Positions 41,483 to 51,581 of a stretch of 64,000 bases of DNA are shown here, piece by piece. This DNA is from Thermoproteota archaeon (lineage in GTDB: Archaea > Thermoproteota > Thermoprotei_A > Sulfolobales > Ignisphaeraceae): NCBI GenBank assembly GCA_030550585.1, contig JAUQPB010000001.1:707150-771149 (forward strand). Reading direction: 5' to 3'. Positions within the stretch are counted from its first letter, which is position 1; the number at the start of each line of letters is the position of its first letter. The position numbers and the translations under genes are program-made. The notes under the pieces were generated by a model. That model ran no database searches and had not been told where the DNA came from. It saw nothing but the letters and a program-made list of their open reading frames with translations.

Positions 41483-42768
41483 GACGCTCAGTTGTGTTAG
41501 CCTACGTATTGAAAGAGCTCAAGATAATGTTTAGCGATAAGGTTACAGTGTTTTGGTTAGTGGCTTGGCCGCTAATCTGGGTTTTTATGACGGCATATGT
41601 ATTTGTGTCACCAACTGCTCAATCGCCTGTTCAGCTCGAGCTAGGTGTTGTCAACTACGATACGACTCCCCAACACAACCTTAGCTTCATTAGCGGGGAC
41701 TTCATAAGGATTTTGAAGGAGGCGGAATTTAATGGGACAAAGATATTTAATGTAAGGGTGTACAGTAGTGAAGAGAAGCTGAGGGAAGACCTGAGGAAGG
41801 GGCGTATCGATGCAGGAATAGTTATACCGGCGAACTTCAGCTTGAGTCTTGTGATGGGCTCGGCTAGGCTAAGTGTCTTGATCGGGGCTAGGGACCCCTA
41901 CTCCAGCTCAATAAGCTATTCAGTGATTAGCAGCTTCTTGAACGAGTTTGGGCGTAGAATCAGCTTGTACAAGGTGGAAACAGCGCTGGGCTACATAGGG
42001 CAATACAGCTTTGCCAACGCCTACACACCCATTAACATTAACTTTACAGACTATGTAAAGAGCTTCATGTATGGCTTGGCCGTGCCGATAAACGTTAGCT
42101 ACGAGAATGTTAAGCCAGAGGCCCTGGCCACTAGACCAAATACACTTGGGTGGTATACCATAGGAGCTGTGGGGATGATGTTTCTCTACTCCGGTTTCTC
42201 CTATGGAGCCTCAGCACTGCTATCTGAAAAAGAGCGTGGTACTCTGAGAAGACTACGCGCATCGCCTATAAAGGAGTCCGAGCTTGTTCTAGCGATTATA
42301 CTATCTGGTATAGCACCACTAGTCATATCAGCTGTCATAGTCATAGTTGTCGGAGTTCTGACAGGAGCAAACATAGTGTTCAACCCTGGTAACCCACTCC
42401 ACTGGCTGGTGCCTCTGCTAATCTTGGACGGGGCCTTTCTAAGCATAGGTCTCGGCATACTACTGTCTCTGCTGGCGAAAACAAGTCAGGGAGCTAGTGC
42501 TCTTGGAACAGCTCTAGGGCTAATGTTCTCTTTCACAGCGGGGATATGGTTCCCAGCATCAATGATGCCCAGCTGGCTACAGATACTATCGAAGGTCTTC
42601 TCACCAACATGGATATTCGACGCAATGAGAGCGATTATGGTGTTCAACAGAGGGCTAGACGAGGTGGCCCCAACGCTAATAAATGTGGCGTTGTCAACAG
42701 TAGCAGTAATTCTAGCAGATATAGCAGTATACAAGCTCAGGCTGAAGAAATATATCGAGGAGGCGTAG
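41479..42768 (+). CDS. ABC-2 exporter permease with extracellular domain
   Basis: GVVNYD, IVIPANF, EKERGTLRRLRASP, GIWFP. Confidence 0.88.
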   Translation: MRRSVVLAYVLKELKIMFSDKVTVFWLVAWPLIWVFMTAYVFVSPTAQSPVQLELGVVNYDTTPQHNLSFISGDFIRILKEAEFNGTKIFNVRVYSSEEKLREDLRKGRIDAGIVIPANFSLSLVMGSARLSVLIGARDPYSSSISYSVISSFLNEFGRRISLYKVETALGYIGQYSFANAYTPININFTDYVKSFMYGLAVPINVSYENVKPEALATRPNTLGWYTIGAVGMMFLYSGFSYGASALLSEKERGTLRRLRASPIKESELVLAIILSGIAPLVISAVIVIVVGVLTGANIVFNPGNPLHWLVPLLILDGAFLSIGLGILLSLLAKTSQGASALGTALGLMFSFTAGIWFPASMMPSWLQILSKVFSPTWIFDAMRAIMVFNRGLDEVAPTLINVALSTVAVILADIAVYKLRLKKYIEEA

Positions 42769-42981
42769 CACAAATATTAAAGAATTCATTGAGGCACACC
42801 CCATGCATGACACGAACATCTCATCAAATGTCTACTAGTAATGCCAGTTACCATAGCTCTTACACAGATTCAATACGAAGTTACATACGTACTCCACTTC
42901 TATACTTTTAACACGTCTTTATCTTTCCTACAGAAAGCCGCATAGTGAAAACATTTTCATGTGACAAAACTGTATGAGGTT

Positions 42982-43023
42982 TAAGCCAGAAGATTCGGGG
43001 TTTAAATCCCAGTGGATTAGTCA
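42982..43023 (+). repeat. Degenerate tRNA 3' half (Arg-like), att-like
   Basis: taagccagaagattcggggtttaaatcccagtggattagtca retains the layout of anticodon 3' strand, variable loop and T-arm, with mismatches. Confidence 0.5.
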
Positions 43024-43215
43024 CAAGCACGCTCTATCGCTTTCTTCAATAAGTTGCGGAGGTGGCTAAAGGATAAGCTTATGTTTACGTTGCCTGGGGT
43101 ATCCTAGGTAGTTGAAATGGACATAGATGACCATATATAACAAGTAGTCACCTATAACCTATTAGACTAAAAGGAAAAATGTGTGTTTAGATACAATAGG
43201 TTAGAGGTGGTGTTT

Positions 43216-43452
43216 GTGGAGGAATTATTGAAGCGTATTGTTGTAGATCCGAAGGTTATGGGTGGTAAGCCAGTTATACGTGGGACAAGAATAACTGTTG
43301 ATCTAATATTAGAGCTTCTTGCTTCTGGCATGACCCCAGAGGAGATCGCTAAGGACTATAAGATAAGTGTTGAGGATATACGAGCAGCGCTATTGTACGC
43401 TGCAAAGATTTTAGGGCGTGAGGAGGTAATAATTGTCGAGACGAAGACCTAG
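43216..43452 (+). CDS. DUF433 antitoxin
   Basis: RIVVDPKVMGGKPVIRGTRITV...EDIRAALLYA. Confidence 0.92.
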   Translation: MEELLKRIVVDPKVMGGKPVIRGTRITVDLILELLASGMTPEEIAKDYKISVEDIRAALLYAAKILGREEVIIVETKT

Positions 43453-43792
43453 GCTACTTCTTGATGAGAATATTGGTTTAAGAGTTTATGAAGAGCTTAA
43501 GAGAAGAGGATATGAGGTACAAACAGTTATTGAGGAGTTGCGTGGCGCTTCTGATGAGGAGGTTCTCAGAATGGCTTCAAGCCATGACAAGATATTGGTA
43601 ACTATGGATAAGGATTTTGGCTATTTAGCACAAGCGTACAATCCTCCAGGAATACTACTCCTAAGGCTAAGGATTCCTACAATATCACATAGATTGGAGG
43701 CGATTCTACGCGCACTACAGTTATGTGAAGAACTCTACGGCTATATAACGGTGGTAACGGAAACTCATATTAAGAGAAGGCCAATTAAATAG
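43433..43792 (+). CDS. DUF5615 PIN-like toxin
   Basis: LLLDENI, GASDEEV, LVTMDKDFG. Confidence 0.88.
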   Translation: MSRRRPRLLLDENIGLRVYEELKRRGYEVQTVIEELRGASDEEVLRMASSHDKILVTMDKDFGYLAQAYNPPGILLLRLRIPTISHRLEAILRALQLCEELYGYITVVTETHIKRRPIK

Positions 43793-44394
43793 ATGTATCT
43801 TATCAAAGCGCCAAACACAGTATTCTCCTTATCACATAGAGTGCTGAAAGACTGTTGCAGAGTTTCTAGTTGTTTCTCCTGAAATGACGCAGATTTCAAA
43901 TAGCTTCATACAACAAAATCATTGAGGTTGGTAGAACGTTTGTTTTCAACATGCATAAAAATATGGAGGTTGCTTAGCCATGGTCTGGTGCTTGTACCCG
44001 AAAGTTCTTTACATATGTTTTCAAGTTCATTTTCTAGGCGGTTTTTATAAGGGCTGTGTTGCTCGGTTAACTACCTTGATATAGCATATAGTATTGCTAA
44101 TTGGAAGGGCAATCCATATATTCTTGCAGGATTCATCCACAGCTTTCTAAGCCATTGGAAAAGAGGTCATTGACGATGGTAGATGTAGGAGCTGGAAAAA
44201 GTTAGGCCCAGGCTTTATATGGTTGATGTTAGAGGGTTTAGGTTACAGACCTTTTAATGTCTTGGCACCGCACCCTACTGTCGTTGCACCAGCTCTAATC
44301 AGCAATGGCGAAAAGAATTCTTGTGGCCATAGTATATTGCTCGAAGTATAAGGTTTATAATTTGTAGTACGTATAATATATTTGGCTATGTATT

Positions 44395-44625
44395 ATGAGT
44401 GTTGTTATATGTGTTCGTATACCGAGGAAGCTCAAGAAGCAGATGGATATGTTGAGGGGGTATGCTGATTGGAGTGAGGAGATCAGGAAGTTTATTGAGA
44501 GGCGTGTTGAGGAGCTTCATAGGGTGCGCGTATTGGAGGAGGTTCGCAAGGTGGTTGAGCAGCTCCCCGAGGTTTCCAGGGGCACGGTAACCAGGTATGT
44601 GAGGGAGGATCGTGATAGTAATTGA
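44395..44625 (+). CDS. Ribbon-helix-helix VapB antitoxin
   Basis: SVVICVRIPRKLK...DWSEEIRKFI...VREDRD. Confidence 0.85.
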   Translation: MSVVICVRIPRKLKKQMDMLRGYADWSEEIRKFIERRVEELHRVRVLEEVRKVVEQLPEVSRGTVTRYVREDRDSN

Positions 44626-45025
44626 CGCCTCTGCATTGGCAAAGTATCTTTTGAGGGAGGAGGGCTGGAGAGAGGTTGAGAGTCTTCTACTACAATCACC
44701 TATATACTCTATAGACCATGTGGTTAAAGAGGTTGCCAACGCCATATGGAGACACACAACGCTACACAGATACATCTCCAGTGACATGGCCCTAGCCGTT
44801 TTCAGTCAACTCAAAAAGCTTGTAGACGAGAAGATAATAGTTCTCGAAACTCAGGAGAGGTACATAGACAAGGCATTTAGCATAGCACTAGATAACAGCA
44901 TATCTATTTACGATGCTCTATACATAGCCCAAGCACTAGAGAACAAAAGAAAGCTGCTTACAAGCGATAGAATACAAGCAGATGTTGCAAACAAACTTGG
45001 GGTCGAAGCAATTCTAATCAAATAG
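44612..45025 (+). CDS. vapC: VapC PIN-domain toxin
   Basis: IVIDAS, EVANA, IYDALY, LTSD. Confidence 0.9.
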   Translation: MIVIDASALAKYLLREEGWREVESLLLQSPIYSIDHVVKEVANAIWRHTTLHRYISSDMALAVFSQLKKLVDEKIIVLETQERYIDKAFSIALDNSISIYDALYIAQALENKRKLLTSDRIQADVANKLGVEAILIK

Positions 45026-45269
45026 CATTATAGTGTAATGACAAGGCATATTGAACGAGGTTATACCCGGTTTTCCACTTTGAAGCATGTGCTACCCTCT
45101 TTATTGTGCTTTTGTTCATTCAGAGGGTTTTCTTAAGCTCCTAGCATCCCTTATCATGCCAAGGGGGTAGCAGGAGATTGATGGCTGTATGGGGGTACTG
45201 GAGTTAGTATTGAAACTTTAGAAATCAATATGGGCAACTATTAGGTTTTGCGACTAAGCTACTGCAACC

Positions 45270-46343
45270 CTAGGTTGGTAAAGCTAGGTGTGGTCGCAAT
45301 GCATATCCTCTTTTCCTCCTCTCTAATACTTTTAGGGTGAGCAGAGCTGTTGCAACACTAATTCCCAGACCCACTAGTATCAAGGTTGTGAAGCCATAAT
45401 CGACTTTCTTGTGTAGCGAAAACTTTTCTGGGTAATTGCTGAAGAGTGCTAGGGCTGTGATTACTGTTGTTTCCACGTTTGGGTCTCCCCTTGGTGTTAG
45501 GTCGCTGTTGTAGTGTGTCACCACACCGCCGTCAACCATAAACCTATTTATGTTGTCTTCAATCCACTCAACTATTTCATCTCTTTGTCCTAGCGCCCTC
45601 ATCAGGAAGTAGTATAGAGATAGCTTGTACGTCTCAAACAACCCGCTTTTGCTGTAAGCTATATCCCCAAATCCAATGCCGAGCCACATCCCCTTCACAT
45701 GATCCTTGTATCTCTGGATCTGCTCAAGGTTCTTATTCTTCAACTCTTGTAGAGATGCCAATATGACTAGATCTGCATAGTCTAGCCAGTCTGGCAATAC
45801 CGAGCCGCTTACAACGTCAGCGTATATATAGATTGTTTCGCCTGTAACAGCCTTTTTAGCGCCAAGCGATAATCTCGACACCGTTTGGGGAGGAATAGAA
45901 ATGTCTTTGAATAGCAGTATCCTAAGCCTGTTCCCATCGTCGTATAGAGTGGTGTTGTAGTGCGATAGAAAGGCCTCCACCATAGGTGCAATTCTGCTGC
46001 CACATATTCTAAGCACCTCAACTGCTAGCCAATTCGTATTCAAGTAACACACATCGGCCTCCACCTTCGGCGACTCTCTCAAGCATCCCGTGCCATCCCC
46101 AAAGTCAACAAAAAGAGACTCGAGAAAGAGACACATCTTCCTTAGTATAGTATTCGCAGCACCCCCTGCTTCTGTGACGCCATAAAAAGCATCTTCTGTT
46201 TTACCAATATACGTTATGGAAACTGTGAACACCAAAACTAGAGCTAGAGTTGAAGTCACGAAAGCCAAAGACAGTGTCTTGATCCACATTTTTCGCGCCA
46301 CAGATACAGAGACTAAACACATTCCTAGGAAACCGTGTTGCAC
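45270..46343 (-). CDS. Extracellular hypothetical protein with N- and C-terminal hydrophobic segments
   Basis: Signal-like N-terminus; conserved-looking GCLRESP, ETYKLSL and PNVETT blocks; C-terminal TM followed by RRKR. Confidence 0.7.
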   Translation of the reverse strand: MQHGFLGMCLVSVSVARKMWIKTLSLAFVTSTLALVLVFTVSITYIGKTEDAFYGVTEAGGAANTILRKMCLFLESLFVDFGDGTGCLRESPKVEADVCYLNTNWLAVEVLRICGSRIAPMVEAFLSHYNTTLYDDGNRLRILLFKDISIPPQTVSRLSLGAKKAVTGETIYIYADVVSGSVLPDWLDYADLVILASLQELKNKNLEQIQRYKDHVKGMWLGIGFGDIAYSKSGLFETYKLSLYYFLMRALGQRDEIVEWIEDNINRFMVDGGVVTHYNSDLTPRGDPNVETTVITALALFSNYPEKFSLHKKVDYGFTTLILVGLGISVATALLTLKVLERRKRGYALRPHLALPT

Positions 46344-46395
46344 GGAAAAGGGTGAAGCGATTAAAAGTATTTAGGTGTTGCTGAAAGCGTGGTAG

Positions 46396-47088
46396 ATGGG
46401 TGATTTTTTGACTACTATTTATCTGAGAGGGCATATAATGGTTAAGAAAGAGTTTGCTGATCTTATATTGAGTGGGCTGAAGACTACTACGATTAGGCTT
46501 GGCAGGGTTGTGCCCAAGTCTAAGGAGGTTATTATTCATAGTGGTGGTAGGCCTGTTGCGAAGGCTGTTATAGAGGGTGTTGAGTATAAGAGGGTTGGGG
46601 AGCTTAGTGACGAGGATGCTAAGAGGGATGGCTATCAAAGTGTTGATGAGCTCATAAAGTCTTTGGAGAGGATATACAAGACCAAGATATCAAGCAACGA
46701 CATTGTAACGATAATCAGGTTTAGGGTTGTGAAGAAGTTCAACGAGATAGACACAGACGATGTTTATCTGGGGCTTGAGCCCATAGACATTGCTAGGCTT
46801 GCCCACAGATATATATTTGATGAGCTTTCCGAAAAAGATAGGAGGATTGTGGAGGAGATGCTGAGGAGCAGAAGCATAAGGACTGTTGCTATAAAGATGT
46901 TTGGGTCTCTCAACAAGAGGTGGATTGTCAGAAAAACCCTTAGAAAGTGTTTGGCGAAGTTGGTGTGGAAAGGCGTTATAAAAGTTGATGAGGATAGTCT
47001 CAGGAAACTGGCGGAGGTTTCGGGCTTTTGGAAAAGAGTTTATCTAGACTATGTGAAAAGCCGTAGAGGTGAAGAGGGCTCTACATAG
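46396..47088 (+). CDS. ASCH domain protein with C-terminal helical extension
   Basis: ILSGLKTTTIRLG...EDAKRDGY ASCH signature. Confidence 0.85.
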   Translation: MGDFLTTIYLRGHIMVKKEFADLILSGLKTTTIRLGRVVPKSKEVIIHSGGRPVAKAVIEGVEYKRVGELSDEDAKRDGYQSVDELIKSLERIYKTKISSNDIVTIIRFRVVKKFNEIDTDDVYLGLEPIDIARLAHRYIFDELSEKDRRIVEEMLRSRSIRTVAIKMFGSLNKRWIVRKTLRKCLAKLVWKGVIKVDEDSLRKLAEVSGFWKRVYLDYVKSRRGEEGST

Positions 47089-47093
47089 ATGTG

Positions 47094-48131
47094 CTAGAGT
47101 TTGATGACATTCTCCTTTCTGCTCATAACAATGTCGAATGCCACCTCAGCTGCTGCCTGCAGGTTGAAGCATAGTAGCATGAGTTTTTCGAAGAACGACT
47201 TCATCTTCAGATAGTCCTCTAAAGACTTGTACTTTGGTATGACGTCGGCCTCTAGACTGCTGACAAACTTTGTTGCCTCAGTTGCTAGATCAGCTGCTCT
47301 ACTAGCTATCAACGGGTCTTGGCTTGTTATAGCCTGTAGTATCATGTCTATTGTGTAGTTTAGGTGTAGCTTCATCTCCTCTAGCTTATCTCCAACAACC
47401 TCTCTAACAACATCTATCAACGCTGTTTTCTCGTTTAGAATCTGTGCTGCTTGGGCGAGGGAGTCCCCCACATCCTCCAAAGTCTTTATCAGCACTCTAT
47501 ACTCTGTTAGGAACTGGGAGGAGTTTTGCATGTTAAGTGCATATACATATCTTATGGCGAGGGCGTGAACCCTGTCCATCTCGAACTCCAGTTCTGTGAT
47601 CTCCTTTAGATGGTCTGCCAAGCCACTTTTAATAGATGTTGTTAGATACTCTAGCATACTCTTTATAGTTGATGCCATTCTGCTTACAAGACTATCAATG
47701 CTGTACCTCTCTACATCGACAAAGTTCTGAATCACCACACCGTTTTTGGTTTGATCAATTATCTCAGCACCTATCAGCATCCTGACCATTGTTCTGATGC
47801 TACTCATTATATGTGGTGGTATGGAGTCACCCTCATACTCTATAACTATCTTGTCGTAGCCCACTATATACGAAGTGTACAACGCTCTCTGTATCAACTC
47901 CTCACTGGCATTTCTAGACAAAACTATTTTTATTTCCTTCTCCCTAGCCCTCCTCTCTGCAAGCTTCTGCGGAACAACAACTAGAGAGCCATCGCTTCTA
48001 ACCTCGAGGACAACAAGATCAGAGGGCTTCAAATCAACTGCTTTAACCCACTCGGAGGGAAGCGATATCATAAGCGTTGATTTTCCGAATCTCTGAACCT
48101 TTCTGGTTTCAACAATTTTTTGCATGCTCAT
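47094..48131 (-). CDS. AbrB-PhoU phosphate uptake regulator
   Basis: ETRKVQRFGKSTLMISLPSEW, YIVGYD, EMDR, LEDVGD. Confidence 0.88.
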   Translation of the reverse strand: MSMQKIVETRKVQRFGKSTLMISLPSEWVKAVDLKPSDLVVLEVRSDGSLVVVPQKLAERRAREKEIKIVLSRNASEELIQRALYTSYIVGYDKIVIEYEGDSIPPHIMSSIRTMVRMLIGAEIIDQTKNGVVIQNFVDVERYSIDSLVSRMASTIKSMLEYLTTSIKSGLADHLKEITELEFEMDRVHALAIRYVYALNMQNSSQFLTEYRVLIKTLEDVGDSLAQAAQILNEKTALIDVVREVVGDKLEEMKLHLNYTIDMILQAITSQDPLIASRAADLATEATKFVSSLEADVIPKYKSLEDYLKMKSFFEKLMLLCFNLQAAAEVAFDIVMSRKENVIKL

Positions 48132-48326
48132 AAATCTCTATACCACTAACCTACTTTGTTTAATCAGCTTAAAACTGTTTTTATACAATAATACACGGCC
48201 TTTAAAAATCTATTTTTGTAATCTAAAAACAGTTATCATTTGACCTAGCAAGTATATACAATTGGCATTAACACAAAATGTCTCTAATCAACAGGTATTG
48301 AATTAAAAAATGTGAATAGTATCTGC

Positions 48327-48950
48327 TTAGACCAGAGAAGGTGATGTGGCAGGAGCTGGTGCCGGAGCTGGGGCTCTCATCCTCTTGTTTATGCTATCGC
48401 CTAGCGCTACATACAGCAGTATCCAGCCTATGAAGCCTAGGATTTCCAAGAATATTGACAATATGAATAGTATGCCTGCCACCAGATACAGAGAGTTTTT
48501 CTCAAGATCATTCAGTTTTAGGCACATTATCAGCATACCGATATCGCCTAGTATCCCTAGTATAACGGCTACAATGATTAAGAATACCCCAATGAAAACG
48601 ATCAGAAGGGCCACCCCCACAAGCATCACTATAAAGCCCCAGAAAAAGCCTATGTAAATTAGTGTCGAAGCTGTTGAGAAGTCGGGGTTTATAGAGGCCA
48701 GTTTCCTCACACCCGGCAGAAACTTGCCCCACAACCCTATCAACGCTATTATAGCGCCTATTAAAAGAACGATGATGATACCAATTAAAGCACCGATAAT
48801 TGCTGTAAACCCTCCGGCGAAAACCGTTGTTACCAAGCTGAATATCACCGAAGCCAGTCCCACACCAATTAAAATCCATGCTATGAACAGGTATAGTGCC
48901 CCCTCACGCATACTCTTATAGGCTTCGACATAAGGGTCTACACTACCCAA
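48327..48950 (-). CDS. DUF973/DUF996-like membrane protein
   Basis: MREGAL..., LYLVAGILFI, GWILLYVALG. Confidence 0.7.
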   Translation of the reverse strand: MGSVDPYVEAYKSMREGALYLFIAWILIGVGLASVIFSLVTTVFAGGFTAIIGALIGIIIVLLIGAIIALIGLWGKFLPGVRKLASINPDFSTASTLIYIGFFWGFIVMLVGVALLIVFIGVFLIIVAVILGILGDIGMLIMCLKLNDLEKNSLYLVAGILFILSIFLEILGFIGWILLYVALGDSINKRMRAPAPAPAPATSPSLV

Positions 48951-49006
48951 ATCTGTCCACCTACCTTATCTTCTCCCTGGAGATATTTAAACTTTTGAGA
49001 GATTTG

Positions 49007-49228
49007 CTATTCCTGGACCAATTTTCCAATATCTTGGATCTCTATTTCGATTATCCTATTGTCTTTTATTCTAACGACAATGTTGTTTTCTAGGAGTAGT
49101 GCCTTGTCGGCCTCTTCCTCGTCTATGATTATGTGGAGGGAGTCGGAGGCTCTATCGTATATTATCTTCGCTTTTTCAAGGTCTTTCAGATCTATTGTGT
49201 ATATCTCCTCGCTACTCAATTTTCTCAC
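49007..49228 (-). CDS. DUF2283-like small protein
   Basis: IIYDRASDSLHI...IIEIEI. Confidence 0.65.
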   Translation of the reverse strand: MRKLSSEEIYTIDLKDLEKAKIIYDRASDSLHIIIDEEEADKALLLENNIVVRIKDNRIIEIEIQDIGKLVQE

Positions 49229-49344
49229 AATGGTTTGATAGCCTTGTTATGGGAAAATATGTCTTTCTATATTCATCAAATCATCTGTGCTTATAAGCTC
49301 TGTAAGCAAAGTAGGCTTAACCACGAAATCCGAGCTCGATTTGA

Positions 49345-49773
49345 ATGTCAAATCCCGAATCTGTAACAAAAATAAAGGATTTAAAACCAGGAATGGAAGG
49401 AATAACAACTGATGTAAGAGTTCTGGAGAGCTATGGCACAAGAACCATAGAGACAAAGGCTGGTATGAGAACACTTGGCGAATATCTTGTTGGCGACGAC
49501 ACTGGAAAGGTAAAGCTTGTTGTGTGGGGTCAAAAAGCGTCATCTCTAAATGTTGGCGATGTTGTGGAGATAAAGAATGCTTGGGTCACCTCATTCAAGG
49601 GAGAGGTTCAGCTAAATGCAGGTAAGAACAGCGAGTTTTCAAAGCTAAACGACGATGCGGTTCCAGCAGCTGATCAAATTCCGGATGAGATGCCTAAGGC
49701 GGAGGGTGGGGCAGCCCCGTCGAGACCTAGATACAGCAGAGGATTTAGAGGGAGAGGAAGGGGAAGAAGGTGA
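49345..49773 (+). CDS. ssb: Crenarchaeal single-stranded DNA-binding protein
   Basis: KIKDLKPGM, VGDDTGKVKLVVWG, NAWVTSFKGEVQLNAG OB fold; RG-rich tail. Confidence 0.9.
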   Translation: MSNPESVTKIKDLKPGMEGITTDVRVLESYGTRTIETKAGMRTLGEYLVGDDTGKVKLVVWGQKASSLNVGDVVEIKNAWVTSFKGEVQLNAGKNSEFSKLNDDAVPAADQIPDEMPKAEGGAAPSRPRYSRGFRGRGRGRR

Positions 49774-50087
49774 ACAAAATGGCGGAGAACCAGCCACAAC
49801 AACCGCAACGCCCAAGATGGAACGAGGTCTATAGAAAGAGAGGGACAGAGGTAGGGATAGACAAAGGAGACTTTGTTGTTGCTGTTGACGAGGAAAAGGC
49901 ATATGCATTAGCACCTGCAGTATACTATGTTTGGAATATGTGCGATGGGGAGACAACTATAGGCAAAATTGTGGAGAGTCTTGCCGACGCCATTCAAGAG
50001 GATATCGACATGGACACTCTATACAATGCTGTTACAGATATCATCGATAAACTAGTTGAAGTACACCTGCTTGAGAAGGTGTCGTAG
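49770..50087 (+). CDS. PqqD-family (RRE-like) protein
   Basis: YALAPAVYYVWNMCDGETTIGKIV...IIDKLVEVHLLE. Confidence 0.8.
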   Translation: MNKMAENQPQQPQRPRWNEVYRKRGTEVGIDKGDFVVAVDEEKAYALAPAVYYVWNMCDGETTIGKIVESLADAIQEDIDMDTLYNAVTDIIDKLVEVHLLEKVS

Positions 50088-50127
50088 AGACCCTAAACCT
50101 GTTGCCTATCAAACAACAAAGCTTTTT

Positions 50128-50925
50128 TTATCTCGATAACCTTGCTTGGTAAAGCGCAGACCTGGGATCGTCAGATCTTCTCGCATATCCACATAGTAGT
50201 GTGAGCACGTAGAGCAGATCTCCAAAGCCTCTAACCTCATAGAATGTGGCTATATACCCCTCGCCAAATCCATATAGTATCGAGTCCCCGTTGCCCAGCA
50301 CCACAAGCTCGTTGAGGTAGACTGCAAGACTAGGCTCTATCCGAGGCTTAGCATACAACACATCTACGTTTTCATACCCCAACCTAATGTTGAAGCCCTT
50401 TGCCAGGTAGAAGAACAGAGTCTCCTTGACAGCAATCTTCGCGGCACCCCTGTAGGAGGTATTGTATTGTGTGGCCTCGGCCACACCCCCATCGCCAAGC
50501 TCTCTAACGCCTTCTTCATCAAGGTTTTCCCCAAAGCATATATGCGCTACACCGACCTGTTCATCAAGGTCTATGTCGATTCCGAGTTGTCTAGCCCTCT
50601 GGCTACACAACCCAGTTTTTGCATATGGGATCAAAACCCTTGTGTCAACCCAAAACGTTTCTGCAACTTCGTAATAGTGTTGAAATGGTGTGTCAAAGCC
50701 TTTGCCACATATTATCGCAGATCCCGGTGCTAGCGATAGTCTTCTTTTGACGCCACCAAATATAGTTGTTATGGTGAAGGGCTCTACAGCTATGTGAACA
50801 GGGGTTTCGTGAGCCAATCTAAAAAGCTGTTTGACGTAGCCCACAAAATTCTCTTCGATGCCACTTCTAGAATCTATTGCTATGCAACCCTCGACCACCT
50901 TCAAAATGGCCCACCATCTAAACAC
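50128..50925 (-). CDS. Hypothetical protein
   Basis: 265-aa ORF filling the gap; no motif recognised. Confidence 0.6.
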   Translation of the reverse strand: MFRWWAILKVVEGCIAIDSRSGIEENFVGYVKQLFRLAHETPVHIAVEPFTITTIFGGVKRRLSLAPGSAIICGKGFDTPFQHYYEVAETFWVDTRVLIPYAKTGLCSQRARQLGIDIDLDEQVGVAHICFGENLDEEGVRELGDGGVAEATQYNTSYRGAAKIAVKETLFFYLAKGFNIRLGYENVDVLYAKPRIEPSLAVYLNELVVLGNGDSILYGFGEGYIATFYEVRGFGDLLYVLTLLCGYARRSDDPRSALYQARLSR

Positions 50926-51005
50926 AAAAATACATTAACTTCTAACAACATTTTAAATAGTGCTAGTGTGAGTCTAGAATAGGTTCCAGTGGTGGTGATA
51001 AGCAG

Positions 51006-51218
51006 TTGTCTAAAAGGCCTTCCAAAGCCTTCAAAGCATGTATAAAATGCAAGGCGCTTGTCCCAGCAGATACAGAGACATGCCCTGTCTGCGGATCGAA
51101 GGAGTTTTCAACTGAGTGGAGTGGGGTTGTGATTGTCCTAGACCCCGAGAAGTCTATGGTAGCAAAGCTTTTAGGTATAAAAACCCCGGGGAGATATGCT
51201 ATAAAGGTTGGCGCTTGA
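51006..51218 (+). CDS. spt4: Transcription elongation factor Spt4 (RpoE2)
   Basis: KACIKC, CPVCGS, WSGVVIVLDPEKS, PGRYAIKV. Confidence 0.93.
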   Translation: MSKRPSKAFKACIKCKALVPADTETCPVCGSKEFSTEWSGVVIVLDPEKSMVAKLLGIKTPGRYAIKVGA

Positions 51219-51229
51219 TGGTGTGAAAA

Positions 51230-51568
51230 ATGAGTGGTGTTAAACTGGGGCATGCGGGTAAAACAATCAAGGTCAGCGACGATCTCTCCGTAACCGTGGT
51301 TAGAGAGGCTGAGAACAAGCTGTTGTCTAGGATTGAGGTTGAGCTGTATCTAGATCACATAACGAGGGGCACGCCATCGAGGAAAGAAATACAGAAGATA
51401 CTGTCGTCGATATATGGGGCTTCAGAGGATAGCATAATAGTGAAGAGGATATTGTCTGAGTATGGGAGGGGAAGCTCCAAGGTGCACGCTCATATATACC
51501 TCGACAAAAATGTTATGAGGGTTGTAGAGCCGAAATATATGCTTAAAAGGGTTGGGCTAGAGAGCTAA
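51230..51568 (+). CDS. rps24e: 30S ribosomal protein S24e
   Basis: ENKLLSRIE, GTPSRKE, EPKYMLKR. Confidence 0.9.
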   Translation: MSGVKLGHAGKTIKVSDDLSVTVVREAENKLLSRIEVELYLDHITRGTPSRKEIQKILSSIYGASEDSIIVKRILSEYGRGSSKVHAHIYLDKNVMRVVEPKYMLKRVGLES

Positions 51569-51581
51569 CAGGCAATGGGGT

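Larger units (their letters stand above)
25131..45025. mobile_element. tRNA-Arg-anchored mosaic genomic island (right boundary approximate)
   Basis: tRNA anchor, four tRNA-Arg 3'-half copies, integrase remnants, four TA pairs, four ABC exporter modules, many pseudogenes, CGN Arg codons in several genes. Confidence 0.75.
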
